NCBI RefSeq assembly: GCF_019464535.1
Contig: NZ_CP080507.1
Span: 120,001-152,000 of the forward strand
Direction of reading: 5' to 3'
DNA length: 32,000 nucleotides
DNA from: Horticoccus luteus
GTDB taxonomy: Bacteria > Verrucomicrobiota > Verrucomicrobiia > Opitutales > Opitutaceae
Below the pieces are notes generated by a model, which was not told where the DNA came from, made no database searches, and saw only the letters and a program-made list of their open reading frames with translations. Below, in pieces: positions 8,841 through 17,700 of this stretch. Position 1 is the stretch's first letter, and each line of letters starts with the position of its first letter. The position numbers and the translations under genes were made by a program.

Positions 8841-9048
8841 GGCCACGGGGATGTAGTCAGCGAGAAATGAGCGTGGTGCGCCGCCAACGGAAACGAAAGG
8901 CGGTCTCTTTACGATGAGCCACAAGCCGCATGAGAGGCGTGTGAATCAACTTCAAGGATTCATCCGAGCCATCGACCGAGTTAAAAGTAGGGAGCGAAGG
9001 AGTCGCCAAGCCTAGCCTGCGCTCGCTGTTGGGCGGACATGGCCCGCT

Positions 9049-9465
9049 CTACAACACCAGCCGGCCGCCTGCCCGTGTACAAGCGGCGCGGAGGAGCTGG
9101 TCGAGCGACGCGAGGGGCAGGCCCTTGCGCAGGGCCAGTTCAAGGTAGGCGGCATCGTAGGAGGTGAGGTTGTAGCGTTCGCCCAGCCCCAGAATCTTGT
9201 TCCAAGCGAGAGAGCCCGTCTCGTCGTCGATTTCGATGTCGAGGGTCTTGAGCGTGGCGAGGTATTTCTCCACGCCGGCTTTGTCGATGCGCCCGCGTCG
9301 TTGAGCACCGAGCATGACGTTGGCGATTTCGAGCGGCCAGACCGCGGGCACCCAAGCGTGAGCGCCTTTGACCAGGTCATCCATCAAGGACTCGGTGGCC
9401 GGAGTAACTTCGTCCGCGAACACCCAAGCCAGCGCGGCCGAGCAATCCAGGACGAAATCGTTCAT
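9049..9465 (-). CDS. vapC: Type II toxin, PIN-domain ribonuclease VapC
   Basis: 138 aa. The N-terminal VLDCSAALAWVF carries the first acidic PIN residue; later residues lie in PLEIANV and TSYDAAYLELA. The start overlaps the upstream antitoxin stop by 4 nt (ATGA at 9465-9462). Confidence 0.85.
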   Translation of the reverse strand: MNDFVLDCSAALAWVFADEVTPATESLMDDLVKGAHAWVPAVWPLEIANVMLGAQRRGRIDKAGVEKYLATLKTLDIEIDDETGSLAWNKILGLGERYNLTSYDAAYLELALRKGLPLASLDQLLRAACTRAGGRLVL

Positions 9466-9713
9466 CGGCGGCCTTCTTCGATCAGCTCGCGAAGAGAGGT
9501 GCCGTTGAGCGCATAGCGCGGACGCACCGCGCGCAGTTCGGCGACGGCGCGTTTGCGGCGGGCGGCAGCAGCGTCATTGACCGGCACGAGCCTCGCAACC
9601 GGGGTGTTATGCTTGGTGATGGTGATCTCGGCGCCCCGACCGACGCGTTCGATCAAGTCTGAGAAACGATTTTTCGCTTCAAAGGCACCCAGGGTCACAG
9701 AACGCGTTTTCAT
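9462..9713 (-). CDS. Type II antitoxin, Phd/YefM family
   Basis: 83 aa. FEAKNRFSDLIERVGRGAEITITKHNTPVARLVP is the canonical Phd/YefM N-terminal fold. Translationally coupled to vapC. Confidence 0.85.
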   Translation of the reverse strand: MKTRSVTLGAFEAKNRFSDLIERVGRGAEITITKHNTPVARLVPVNDAAAARRKRAVAELRAVRPRYALNGTSLRELIEEGRR

Positions 9714-9893
9714 AAATACAGGCTGGAAAAAAAGGCCTGTTTGTCAACGAGCCGCTCGCCGGCCCGCCACGGGAGAATGTAAAGGATGATGTTTTGCCCG
9801 CACTGCAGCACGACCCGGGCGGTTTTTTCGCCCACAGATCTGCAGAGCACTCACGGCGAAAACGCCTCCCGTGCCTGCGGCCAAATGCGAAGG

Positions 9894-9917
9894 GGCGCGA
9901 CGAATGGTCGTCGCGCC
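9894..9917 (-). terminator. Perfect 10-bp GC hairpin immediately downstream of the DoxX gene
   Basis: ggcgcgacga (9894-9903), atgg loop, tcgtcgcgcc (9908-9917). It lies 10 nt past the stop at 9928. On the minus strand it is followed by cccttcgcatttgg, which is only a weak U tract. Confidence 0.4.
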
Positions 9918-9927
9918 GGTGGCGAGA

Positions 9928-10383
9928 TCAGGCCGATTTGGCGGCGAGGCGGGCGTCGATGGACGCGCGGCCGGCGCCGTAGATCATCACGATCAACGCG
10001 AGGCCGAGCGCGAGGAGGTGGTATTCGAAGCCTTCGCCTTTCTGACTGCCGGACCAGTTCATGAAGTAGCCGTTGGCGGCGTGCACGGTGAGGATCGCGA
10101 CGGTCATGTTGGCGGCGATACCGAAGGCGGCGAGGCGACTGAAGAAGCCGGCGATGAGCGCGAGCGACCCGACGAATTCGGCGACGATGGCGAGGAAGGC
10201 GAAGACGGCGGGGATGTGCAGGGTGCCGGTGAAGAAGCCCATGGTGCCGTGGTAGCCATAGCCACCAAACCAGCCGAGCGCTTTTTGCGCGCCGTGGGGA
10301 AACATGACGAGGCCGAGCGTGAGGCGGGCGAGGGTGGGCGCAAAGCTGGCGGTGGTGTGAGTGAGGCGGGTGATGAGTTTCAT
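9928..10383 (-). CDS. DoxX family membrane protein
   Basis: Start at the ATG at 10383 (MKLITRLTHTT). LARLTLGLVMFPHGAQKALGWFGGYG is the typical DoxX motif. The upstream part of the track ORF is P/R-rich shadow. Confidence 0.8.
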   Translation of the reverse strand: MKLITRLTHTTASFAPTLARLTLGLVMFPHGAQKALGWFGGYGYHGTMGFFTGTLHIPAVFAFLAIVAEFVGSLALIAGFFSRLAAFGIAANMTVAILTVHAANGYFMNWSGSQKGEGFEYHLLALGLALIVMIYGAGRASIDARLAAKSA

Positions 10384-10534
10384 TTGATGGACTGAGTTGA
10401 GGTTGAGGAGAAAAGGGTGAGGCGAAGTATGCGGCGGCCGGGCGCGGGCGGTCAGGATGGATCGCGGGGAGGGGCGTCGGTCGCGACCAACAGAGCGAGG
10501 ATGCCGAGGATGATGACGGGAGCGAGCATCGCGT

Positions 10535-11266
10535 TTATTGCAGATCGAAGAGGAGGGCTTCGACGGGCGTGGCGGCGGTGAAGGTGAGACGGCCGGCGGT
10601 TTCGGTGCTGGCGCCATCGCCGGCGGCGAGCGGGGTGTCGTTGAAGGTTAATTCGCCGGCGATGACTTGCAGCCAGGCGCCGCGACCGGAGGCGAGATCG
10701 TGCGTGACGGTTTCGCCGGCCTTGAGCCGGAGGCGGTGGATGACGGCGTCTTGATGGATGGTGGCGGAGCCGTCGCGACCGTCGGGGGAGATGAGGAGAG
10801 TCTTCGCGCGATCGGCGGCGTCGGCGCGCGGCTGCCATTCGGTGTAGCTGGGCGTGAGGCCGCGTTCGCGGGGGAGGATCCAGATTTGCAGGAGGTGCGC
10901 GGGCTCGGTGGCGGAGGGGTTGAATTCGCTGTGCGTGACGCCGGAGCCGGCGCTCATGAGCTGCACCTGGCCGGGCGAAAGCACGCGCACGTTGCCGAGG
11001 CTGTCGCGATGGGCGAGGGCGCCGGCGAGGATGTAGCTGAAGATTTCCATGTCGCGGTGCGGGTGCGTGGGGAAGCCGCGGCCGGCGGCGATGTGGTCGT
11101 CGTTGATGACGCGCAGGGAACGAAAACCCATGTGCGCGGGATCGTAGTAATCGGCGAACGAGAAGGAGTGGGCGGTGTTGAGCCAGCCGTGATCGGCGTG
11201 GCCGCGGGCGGCGGCGGGGTGCACGGTGACAGTCGAGGCGGCGGTCGGAGTGGCGGTGGTTTTCAT
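10535..11266 (-). CDS. Pirin family protein (bicupin)
   Basis: Start at the ATG at 11266 (MKTTATP). GWLNTAHSFSFADYYDP, GFPTHPHRDMEIFSYIL and SAGSGVTHSEFN are pirin metal-site motifs. Confidence 0.9.
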   Translation of the reverse strand: MKTTATPTAASTVTVHPAAARGHADHGWLNTAHSFSFADYYDPAHMGFRSLRVINDDHIAAGRGFPTHPHRDMEIFSYILAGALAHRDSLGNVRVLSPGQVQLMSAGSGVTHSEFNPSATEPAHLLQIWILPRERGLTPSYTEWQPRADAADRAKTLLISPDGRDGSATIHQDAVIHRLRLKAGETVTHDLASGRGAWLQVIAGELTFNDTPLAAGDGASTETAGRLTFTAATPVEALLFDLQ

Positions 11267-11335
11267 GCCGTGAGTATGCCAGCGGGCGGCGAAACCGGCC
11301 AATGCTATGTGCTTTGCCTGAGGCCTACTTTTCGT

Positions 11336-12247
11336 ATGGTGCGGCCAATGGAGCTCCGCCAGTTGCGTTACTTTGTCGCGGTGGCCGAGAGCGGTAACAT
11401 CAGCCGTGCGGCCCAGAAGATTTTTCTCACGCAGCCCGCGCTCAGCCGGCAGATCAAGGCGTTGGAGGAGGAAATCGGGCAATGCCTGTTGGAGCGGCAG
11501 GCGCACTCGATCCGGCTCACGCCGGCGGGCGAGGCGATGTTGCACGAAGCGCGGGAGCTCCTGGCGCGGGTGGACGGCGTGGTGGAGCGGGTGCGCACGG
11601 GGGCGGCGGGCGGGCGGCTGCGGATCGGTTACGCGCCGTCGCTGGCGAGTGGTCTGCTGTCACCGGCGGTGGCCAACTTCACGCAGGTGCATCCGGGGAC
11701 GCGCGTGGAGCTGCAGGATCTCTCGACGGGGGAAATGCTCGCGGGCCTCGAGGCGGGCGAACTCGACGTGATCGTGACGATCGCGCCGCGCGGGGAGACG
11801 CGCGGGTTGACGTGGACGCCGCTGGTGCGTTCGCCGTGGCGGCTGGCGGTGGGGCTCAAACATCCGCTCGCGCGGCAGAACCGGGTGACGCCGGCGGCGG
11901 TGGCGGCGGAGCCGCTGTTGATCTACAGCCAGAGCGATTATCCCGAGTATTGGGAAACGGTGACCGCGTGGTTGAAGGAGCACGGGCTGCGGGCGCGCGT
12001 CGCGGGGGAATACAATGGCGTGGACAGTCTGCTGGCAGCGGTGGAGTCAGGGCTGGGGGTGGCGCTGGTGGCGGAGCGGATTGCGCGGCTGTTTCCGGCG
12101 CGGACGCGGATGAAGGTGGTGAGTGCGCCGCCGGGGGATTTGTGCATCGCGGCGGGTTGCCGCACGGATCGCGCGAGCGACAAGCGGCTGGCGGTCTTCG
12201 TGGAGGAATTGCGCGGCGCGGCGGCGGGGATGGTGGACGGCGGGTGA
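11336..12247 (+). CDS. LysR family transcriptional regulator
   Basis: MVRPMELRQLRYFVAVAESGNISRAAQKIFLTQPALSRQIKALEEEIG is a canonical LysR wHTH, followed by a substrate-binding domain. An alternative ATG lies at 11348. Divergent from the pirin gene across a 69-bp gap. Confidence 0.9.
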   Translation: MVRPMELRQLRYFVAVAESGNISRAAQKIFLTQPALSRQIKALEEEIGQCLLERQAHSIRLTPAGEAMLHEARELLARVDGVVERVRTGAAGGRLRIGYAPSLASGLLSPAVANFTQVHPGTRVELQDLSTGEMLAGLEAGELDVIVTIAPRGETRGLTWTPLVRSPWRLAVGLKHPLARQNRVTPAAVAAEPLLIYSQSDYPEYWETVTAWLKEHGLRARVAGEYNGVDSLLAAVESGLGVALVAERIARLFPARTRMKVVSAPPGDLCIAAGCRTDRASDKRLAVFVEELRGAAAGMVDGG

Positions 12248-12315
12248 GTGAAGGGCAGGACGGGGACGAAGATGAAATGGGTCGTCCACGTGCGTGTGCG
12301 CTCGGCGCCGAACGG

Positions 12316-12525
12316 TCATTTTTCTTTTACGAATTCGAGCAGGTCGCCGGGCTGACATTTCAGTTCCCGGCATAATGCTTCGAGGGTGCTGAAGCGCACC
12401 GCTTTCGCTTTGTTGGTTTTTAAAATCGAAAGGTTGGCGAGGGTGAGGTCCACGCGCGCCGCCAGCTCAGTGAGCGTGATGCCGCGGTCAGCCATCACTT
12501 GGTCGAGATTGAGTTGGATGGGCAT
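12316..12525 (-). CDS. Small XRE/Cro-type HTH transcriptional regulator (YozG-like)
   Basis: 69 aa. LDQVMADRGITLTELAARVDLTLANLSILKTNKAKAVRFSTLEALCRELKCQPGDLLEF matches the short HTH_26-type regulators that accompany DUF2975 genes. Confidence 0.85.
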   Translation of the reverse strand: MPIQLNLDQVMADRGITLTELAARVDLTLANLSILKTNKAKAVRFSTLEALCRELKCQPGDLLEFVKEK

Positions 12526-12528
12526 GGC

Positions 12529-13233
12529 TCAGACGGTGAGATCGTTTTCGGCTTTGAGCGCGAGTCCTTGTCGGAAGGCTTCCGCCACCACGAGCACGAG
12601 GCAGCCAATCAGCACGCCGCCTTGGGCCGTGATCAGGCCGGGGGAGAGATGGAATTGCAGTGTGGAGGCGCTCCCGAACGGCAAGGGCGTTTGCAACCCG
12701 GTGAGGACGACGTGTTGCTGGAAATAGTGCCCCAGCACAAACGAGGCCCAGATCTCCAGCCCCGCACTGACCAAGCAGTAGGCGATGAGATTCACCCCGA
12801 TGCGGCGGACCAAGCGGAGGTTGATGTCGTTGAAGACTTCGCCACGGGCGAGGTTGCCGCATAAGTCGCGCAGGGCCGTGAAGAGCACATACGAAAACGC
12901 GATCAGCACCGCCATCGACGGAATGATCGCGAGCCGAAGAGCAGATCCCAGGGCGGGGTCTTGGCTGGCCAGATCGACCTGTAGGGTGCCGCGCACCGAT
13001 GAGAGGGACAGCGATTTAGCCGGAGCCGTGGCGGACGTGAGGTTGAGCGCGCCGGGCGCGGTCGGCAGGGAGATTTCGCCCACCGTCGCGATGATGTGCC
13101 GTCCGAAGTAGTGTTGGATCCAAGTATTATAGGTGAGCGTCACCAGCCAGAAGACGGCGAGGATGAGTGTCATGATGCGCAGAAAGGCGAAAAGCGCGCG
13201 AAGCAGGCGGGGGAGATTGATGGAGGATTTCAT
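12529..13233 (-). CDS. DUF2975-like integral membrane protein
   Basis: Four predicted TM segments (e.g. ILAVFWLVTLTY, AIIPSMAVLIAFSYVLFTAL, GVNLIAYCLVSAGLEIWASFVLG, GGVLIGCLVLVVAEAF). Its stop lies 3 nt before the XRE gene start. I prefer the ATG at 13233 to the TTG at 13290, because 13234-13320 is AT-rich and holds a perfect inverted repeat. Confidence 0.7.
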   Translation of the reverse strand: MKSSINLPRLLRALFAFLRIMTLILAVFWLVTLTYNTWIQHYFGRHIIATVGEISLPTAPGALNLTSATAPAKSLSLSSVRGTLQVDLASQDPALGSALRLAIIPSMAVLIAFSYVLFTALRDLCGNLARGEVFNDINLRLVRRIGVNLIAYCLVSAGLEIWASFVLGHYFQQHVVLTGLQTPLPFGSASTLQFHLSPGLITAQGGVLIGCLVLVVAEAFRQGLALKAENDLTV

Positions 13234-13252
13234 GACGGCGACGAAGGAGGGT

Positions 13253-13315
13253 TTATTGAAAAACGATAATATCGCGGTGGGTGCCGTCAATCATGAATTT
13301 ATCGTTTTTCAATAA
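13253..13315. promoter_or_regulatory. Twin 17-bp dyad sites (putative operators) upstream of the DUF2975-XRE operon
   Basis: TTATTGAAAAACGATAA (13253-13269) and its exact reverse complement TTATCGTTTTTCAATAA (13299-13315), separated by 29 nt. Each arm is itself a near-palindrome, TTATYG-N5-CRATAA. This is an AT-rich patch in a GC-rich genome, 20 nt upstream of the ATG at 13233. Confidence 0.55.
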
Positions 13316-13385
13316 GCACTCCTCGAAGAGTGCCACGCGGAAATCTAAGTCGCCGCGGACAACGCGCGTCGCGGCGGCGCGGCGA

Positions 13386-14717
13386 TCAGCGCGAGGAATA
13401 CGGGTCGGCGGCGTCGCGGAGGGCGTCGCCGGCGAAGTTGAAGGCGAGGATCGTCAGCACGATGAACAGCACGGGCGCGAGCAGCCACGGATAGTGGCCG
13501 ACGGTCTGGAGGTTCTGGCAGTCTTGCAGCATCACGCCCCAGCTCACGATCGGGGGGCGCAGGCCGAGGCCGAGAAAGCTGAGCACCGTTTCACCCAAGA
13601 TCATGCCGGGGACGCTGAGCGTGAGCGTGACGATGATGTGGCTCGCGAATCCCGGCACGAGGTGGCGAAACAGGACGCGCGCGTGGCTCGCGCCGAGGAG
13701 GCGCGCGGCGACGGCGTAATCTTCTTCGCGCAGCGCGAGAATCTTGCCGCGCACGACGCGGGCGAGGCCGGTCCAGGCGAGGAGGCTGAGCGCAATGGTG
13801 ACGCAAAAATAAACCGTGAGCGACGACCAGTCGGCGGGAAAGATGGCGCCGATGGCGAGCCAGAGCGGGAGTTGCGGGAGGGAGTTGATCACTTCGATCG
13901 TGCGCTGGATGACGTTATCCCAACCGCCGCCGACGTAGCCGGAGATGCCGCCGAGGGTGACGCCGAGCACAAAGGTGACGACGATCGAGATCAGGCCGAC
14001 GGAGAGACTGATGCGCGCGCCGTAGATGAGGCGCGAGAGGACGTCGCGGCCGTATTTGTCGGCGCCGAGGAGATAGAACACGGCGTCGGGATCGCGGTCG
14101 CGACCGAGGGCGGCGAGTTTTTCGCGGTCGACGCCGAAGAAGTGCCGGTCGAGGGGGATCAGGCCGAAGAGGCGGTAAGGTTCGCCGCGGACGAAGAAGC
14201 CGAGAGGAATGCGCACGGCGGGATCTTCCAGGTAGGTGCGGGCGAAGGTGACGGGGTTGTCGAGGCGGCGGAGCGCGCCGACGTGGAATCCGTCGCGGGA
14301 AAAATGCAGCGGTTGCGGCGGGCAGTAGGAGTGGCGGAGGTCGCGCCATTCGCGGGTGGTGGGCGCGAAGAATTCGCAGCCGGCGGCGAGCACGTAGAGG
14401 ATGCAGAGGAGAAAGAACGAGCCCATGCCGAGCTTGTGGCGGGCGAAGCGGCGGATCGTGAGATCCCAGGGCGAGCGGAAGGATTCCGTGGGCTGTTCGT
14501 CGGGTGGGTGGGGCGGGCCGGGCGGGGGAAGGACGGCGGAGGGCGGCGAACTCGCGTCGGCGGGTGCCAGGGCGGAGGTGGCGGGAGGAGAGCCGAGCGC
14601 GGGCGAGGGCGGGGCGATGGGAGAGGAGGGGAGCGGGAGAGCGGAGGTGGCGGACGAGGGCGGCGGGGTGGGGGCACCCGGCCGACAGGCGGAGGAGGGC
14701 TGAGGCTCGTCGTTCAT
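13386..14717 (-). CDS. ABC transporter permease, OppC/DppC-like, with a Pro/Ser/Ala-rich N-terminal extension
   Basis: The track merges this into a 1014-aa ORF; the part above 14717 is off-frame overlap with the upstream gene. The ATG at 14717 overlaps the upstream stop (ATGA). The core WDLTIRRFARHKLGMGSFFLL ... LGADKYGRDVLSRLIYGARISL ... LPLWLAIG ... AARLLGASHARVLFRHLVP is typical of OppC. Confidence 0.85.
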   Translation of the reverse strand: MNDEPQPSSACRPGAPTPPPSSATSALPLPSSPIAPPSPALGSPPATSALAPADASSPPSAVLPPPGPPHPPDEQPTESFRSPWDLTIRRFARHKLGMGSFFLLCILYVLAAGCEFFAPTTREWRDLRHSYCPPQPLHFSRDGFHVGALRRLDNPVTFARTYLEDPAVRIPLGFFVRGEPYRLFGLIPLDRHFFGVDREKLAALGRDRDPDAVFYLLGADKYGRDVLSRLIYGARISLSVGLISIVVTFVLGVTLGGISGYVGGGWDNVIQRTIEVINSLPQLPLWLAIGAIFPADWSSLTVYFCVTIALSLLAWTGLARVVRGKILALREEDYAVAARLLGASHARVLFRHLVPGFASHIIVTLTLSVPGMILGETVLSFLGLGLRPPIVSWGVMLQDCQNLQTVGHYPWLLAPVLFIVLTILAFNFAGDALRDAADPYSSR

Positions 14718-17700
14718 TTGCGGCCTCCGGTGAAGCGGATGCGGGGGTCGAGCCAGAGCAGGAGGAGATCGCTGACGAGCGTGCCGAAGGCGCCGAGCAC
14801 GCTCAGGAGCATGAGCATCGAGGCGGCGAAGTAGGTGTCTTCGTTGAGGAGCGCCATCATGAGCATCGGGCCGATCGTGGGGAGGCTGAGCACGAGGGCG
14901 ACGATCGCGCCACCGGAGACGAGTTGCGGGAAGAGCGAAGCGATGCCGGAGACGAAAGGATTGAGGGCGATGCGCACGGGATACTTGAGGAGGAGTTTCA
15001 ACGGGCGGACGCCTTTGGCGCGGGCGGCGACGACGTAGGGTTTTTTCAACTCGTCGAGGAGGTTGGCGCGCATGACGCGGATCATCACGGCGGTGCTGCC
15101 GACGCCGAGGACGATGACGGGCACCCAGACGTGCTGGAGGAGATCGACGAACTTGCCCCACGACCACGCGGGGTCGGCGGCGTAGCGCACGCTGAAGAGG
15201 CCGGAGACGTTGACGCCGAAATATTCGCCGCTGGCATACATGAGCACGAGGGCGAGGAGAAACGGCGGCACGGACATGCCGACGAAGCCGATGAGCGTGA
15301 GAAAATAATCGCCGAGCGTGTAGGGTTTGACGGCGGAGTAGATGCCGATGGGCAGGGCGATGAACCAGGTGACGAGGATGGTGAGAAACGAAATGACGAA
15401 GGTGAGCGCGAGGCGGTCGCCGAGGATTTCGTTGACGGGCAGGTTGCTGGCCATCGAGCGGCCGAGGTTGCCTTGGAGGAGGCCGGCGTCGGCGGGGCGG
15501 AAGGTGACGAACCACTTGAAGCCCATCCAGTCGGCGTATTGCTGCAGGGGCGGTTCGTCGAAGCGGAAGGTTTTGCGCAGGTCTTCGAGTTGCGCGCCGG
15601 CGCTGGGGTCGCCGTTGAGCGACAGCTCCATGCTCTTCGAGGTGATGAAGTCGCCGGGGGGCGCCTGGACGATGAAGAAGATGATGACGGAAATGGCGGC
15701 GAGCGTGGGGATGAGGGTGAGGACGCGGCGCCAGACGAAGGCGTGGTGCCAGGCGATCCAGATGAAGCCGGCGAGGAGGGCGAGGCTGAGCGCGGCGCCG
15801 AGCCAGTGAGCGAGGCGCGGGCCGGACTCGGCGGCATCGGCGCTGGCGAGCATGGGCAGGCGCGAAGGGGTGATGAGGGATTGCTGCATCTGGGCTATCG
15901 CGGCGGGCGAGTCGTGCGGGTGATCCCAGAAAAACGTTTCGAGGCCGGCGTTGGCGGGCGTCATGAAGAAATAGCCGGCGACGAGGTTGTCGGGGACGTT
16001 GCGAAAACCGTCTTTCACGACGGCGAGGGCGGGCGGGGGGGTGGCGATGCCGATGGACCAGAGGTTGTCGGCGGCGATTTCGAGGATTTGGTGGAAGTAA
16101 CCGCGCATCGTGGCGGCGTCGGGGGCGCTTTGGGCGAGGTCGTAGAGCTCCATGGCGCGGCGGGCGGGATGGCCGGGGGGCGGCCCGGAGAGTCCGGCGG
16201 CGTGCGAGGCGGGGGTATCGTGCAGGCCGCCGCGTTGATACCAGCGGCCCCAGGTGGGCGCGAAAAAGGTGGCGCCGTTGATCGCGACAAAGGAGCGCGG
16301 ATCGAGCATGGGCATGAATTCCTCGAGGCCGGGCCAGACGGTGAAATCGTGTTCGAGGGCGGCTTGCTGCACCTGCCAGAGCGTGCGGACGGTGATTTGC
16401 ACGATGGCGCGGACGCCGACGCGCGCCCATTGGTCGGCGATGAGGTAGGGGGCGTCGGGCGGGAAACTTTCGGCGACGTTAAGCATCCAGGTCATGCGCG
16501 TGCCGTCGGGAAACGTGCGGAAGCCTTCGCGGTCGCGGTGGGTGAGGCCGATGGAATCGAGGAGGGCGTTGGCGCGGGCGGGATCGTAGGCGGTGTAGCT
16601 GTGGAACTGGCGGTCGTCGCGGAAGAGCGAATCGGGGCCGGGGGAGGTTTGCGCGGGGACGCCGACGCCGTTGTAAACCGCGGTGATGATTTCGCGGCGG
16701 TTGATGGCGAGGGAGAGGGCGCGGCGGAAATCGACGGTGTTGAGAAGGCGGTGTTTCCAGGCGGTGGCGGGGTCGTGCGGGTCGATGGCGCGGTTGAGGT
16801 TGGGGCTGAGCTGGAGCATGGTGCGCGTGCCGCTATACCAGTGCAGCAGACGGTAACCGTGGCTGGCGGCCTCGCTGGCGAGGAGCGTGTAGTCCTCGAA
16901 GTCGATGTGGCGCTCCTGCAGGGCGAGATCGCCGGCAGCGGCGGAGGCGCTGATGAGGCTCTTGTTCTTGATGTCGATCAGCACGCGGTCGAGGTAGGGG
17001 AGCTGGTTGCCCGCGGGATCGACGGCGAAGTAGTAGGGGTTGCGGACGAGCGTCTGCGGCGCGGAGGTTTTATATTCGCAGTAAATCCACGGCCACAGGC
17101 GCGGGTGCTCGGGGTTGAGCTTCGACTGGAGACGAATGTAAACCGAGTAGGGGCTCGGGAGGTTCATCGTGCGCATCGTCTCGGCGATGAGCTTTTGGTC
17201 GCCGATGGCCGGGTGGTATTTTTTCAGGTAGTGAACCGGGCGGAAGTAGTCGAAGGCGCTGGCGAGTTTTTCGAGGAAGAGGGTGTTGGGCGTGTCGAAC
17301 GAGAAACGCAGCGTGAGGTCGTCGATTTTCTCGATGCGGCCAAGGCGGCCGGCGTGGCGCATGAAACTGGCGTCGGTGACGGCGTCGGAGTTGAAGTAGA
17401 GGACCTCGTAGTTCCACCAGAAGAGGATGTCGTCGGTGGTGAAAGGGACGCCATCGGACCAACGCAGGCCGCGGCGCAGGGTGAACGTCCAGACGCGTTT
17501 GTCGGGCGAGGAAGTCCAGGATTTCGCGAGGTGCGGGACGATGGGATAACCCTGCGGCGACCAGCGGACGAGCGACACGTAGGAGAGGCGCGTGGGGAGG
17601 ATGCCTTCGAGGTCGCCGGGGTTGGTGGCGAGGCGGTTCCAGGTGCCGCCGTAGTGGCCGAGTCCGTCGACGCCTTCGAGGACGAGGGGTTCGGGGCCGA

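Noticed and set aside
8914-9015. 33-codon plus-strand ORF MSHKPHERRVNQLQGFIRAIDRVKSRERRSRQA downstream of vapC.
   Set aside because: It is short and basic, has atypical codon usage, and shows no motif or coupling to a neighbour. It is most likely chance.
11267-11335. A LysR T-N11-A box in the pirin/LysR divergent region (e.g. the near-palindrome GCCTGAGGC around 11318-11326).
   Set aside because: It has only a 4+1+4 symmetry with no clear T-N11-A architecture, which is too weak to call.
14718-16430. The upstream 571 codons of the 1014-aa ORF 13386..16430.
   Set aside because: The sequence is R/P/H-rich nonsense in a different frame from the well-supported fusion gene that occupies the same DNA. 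The OppC-like protein starts at the ATG at 14717, which is coupled to the upstream stop.
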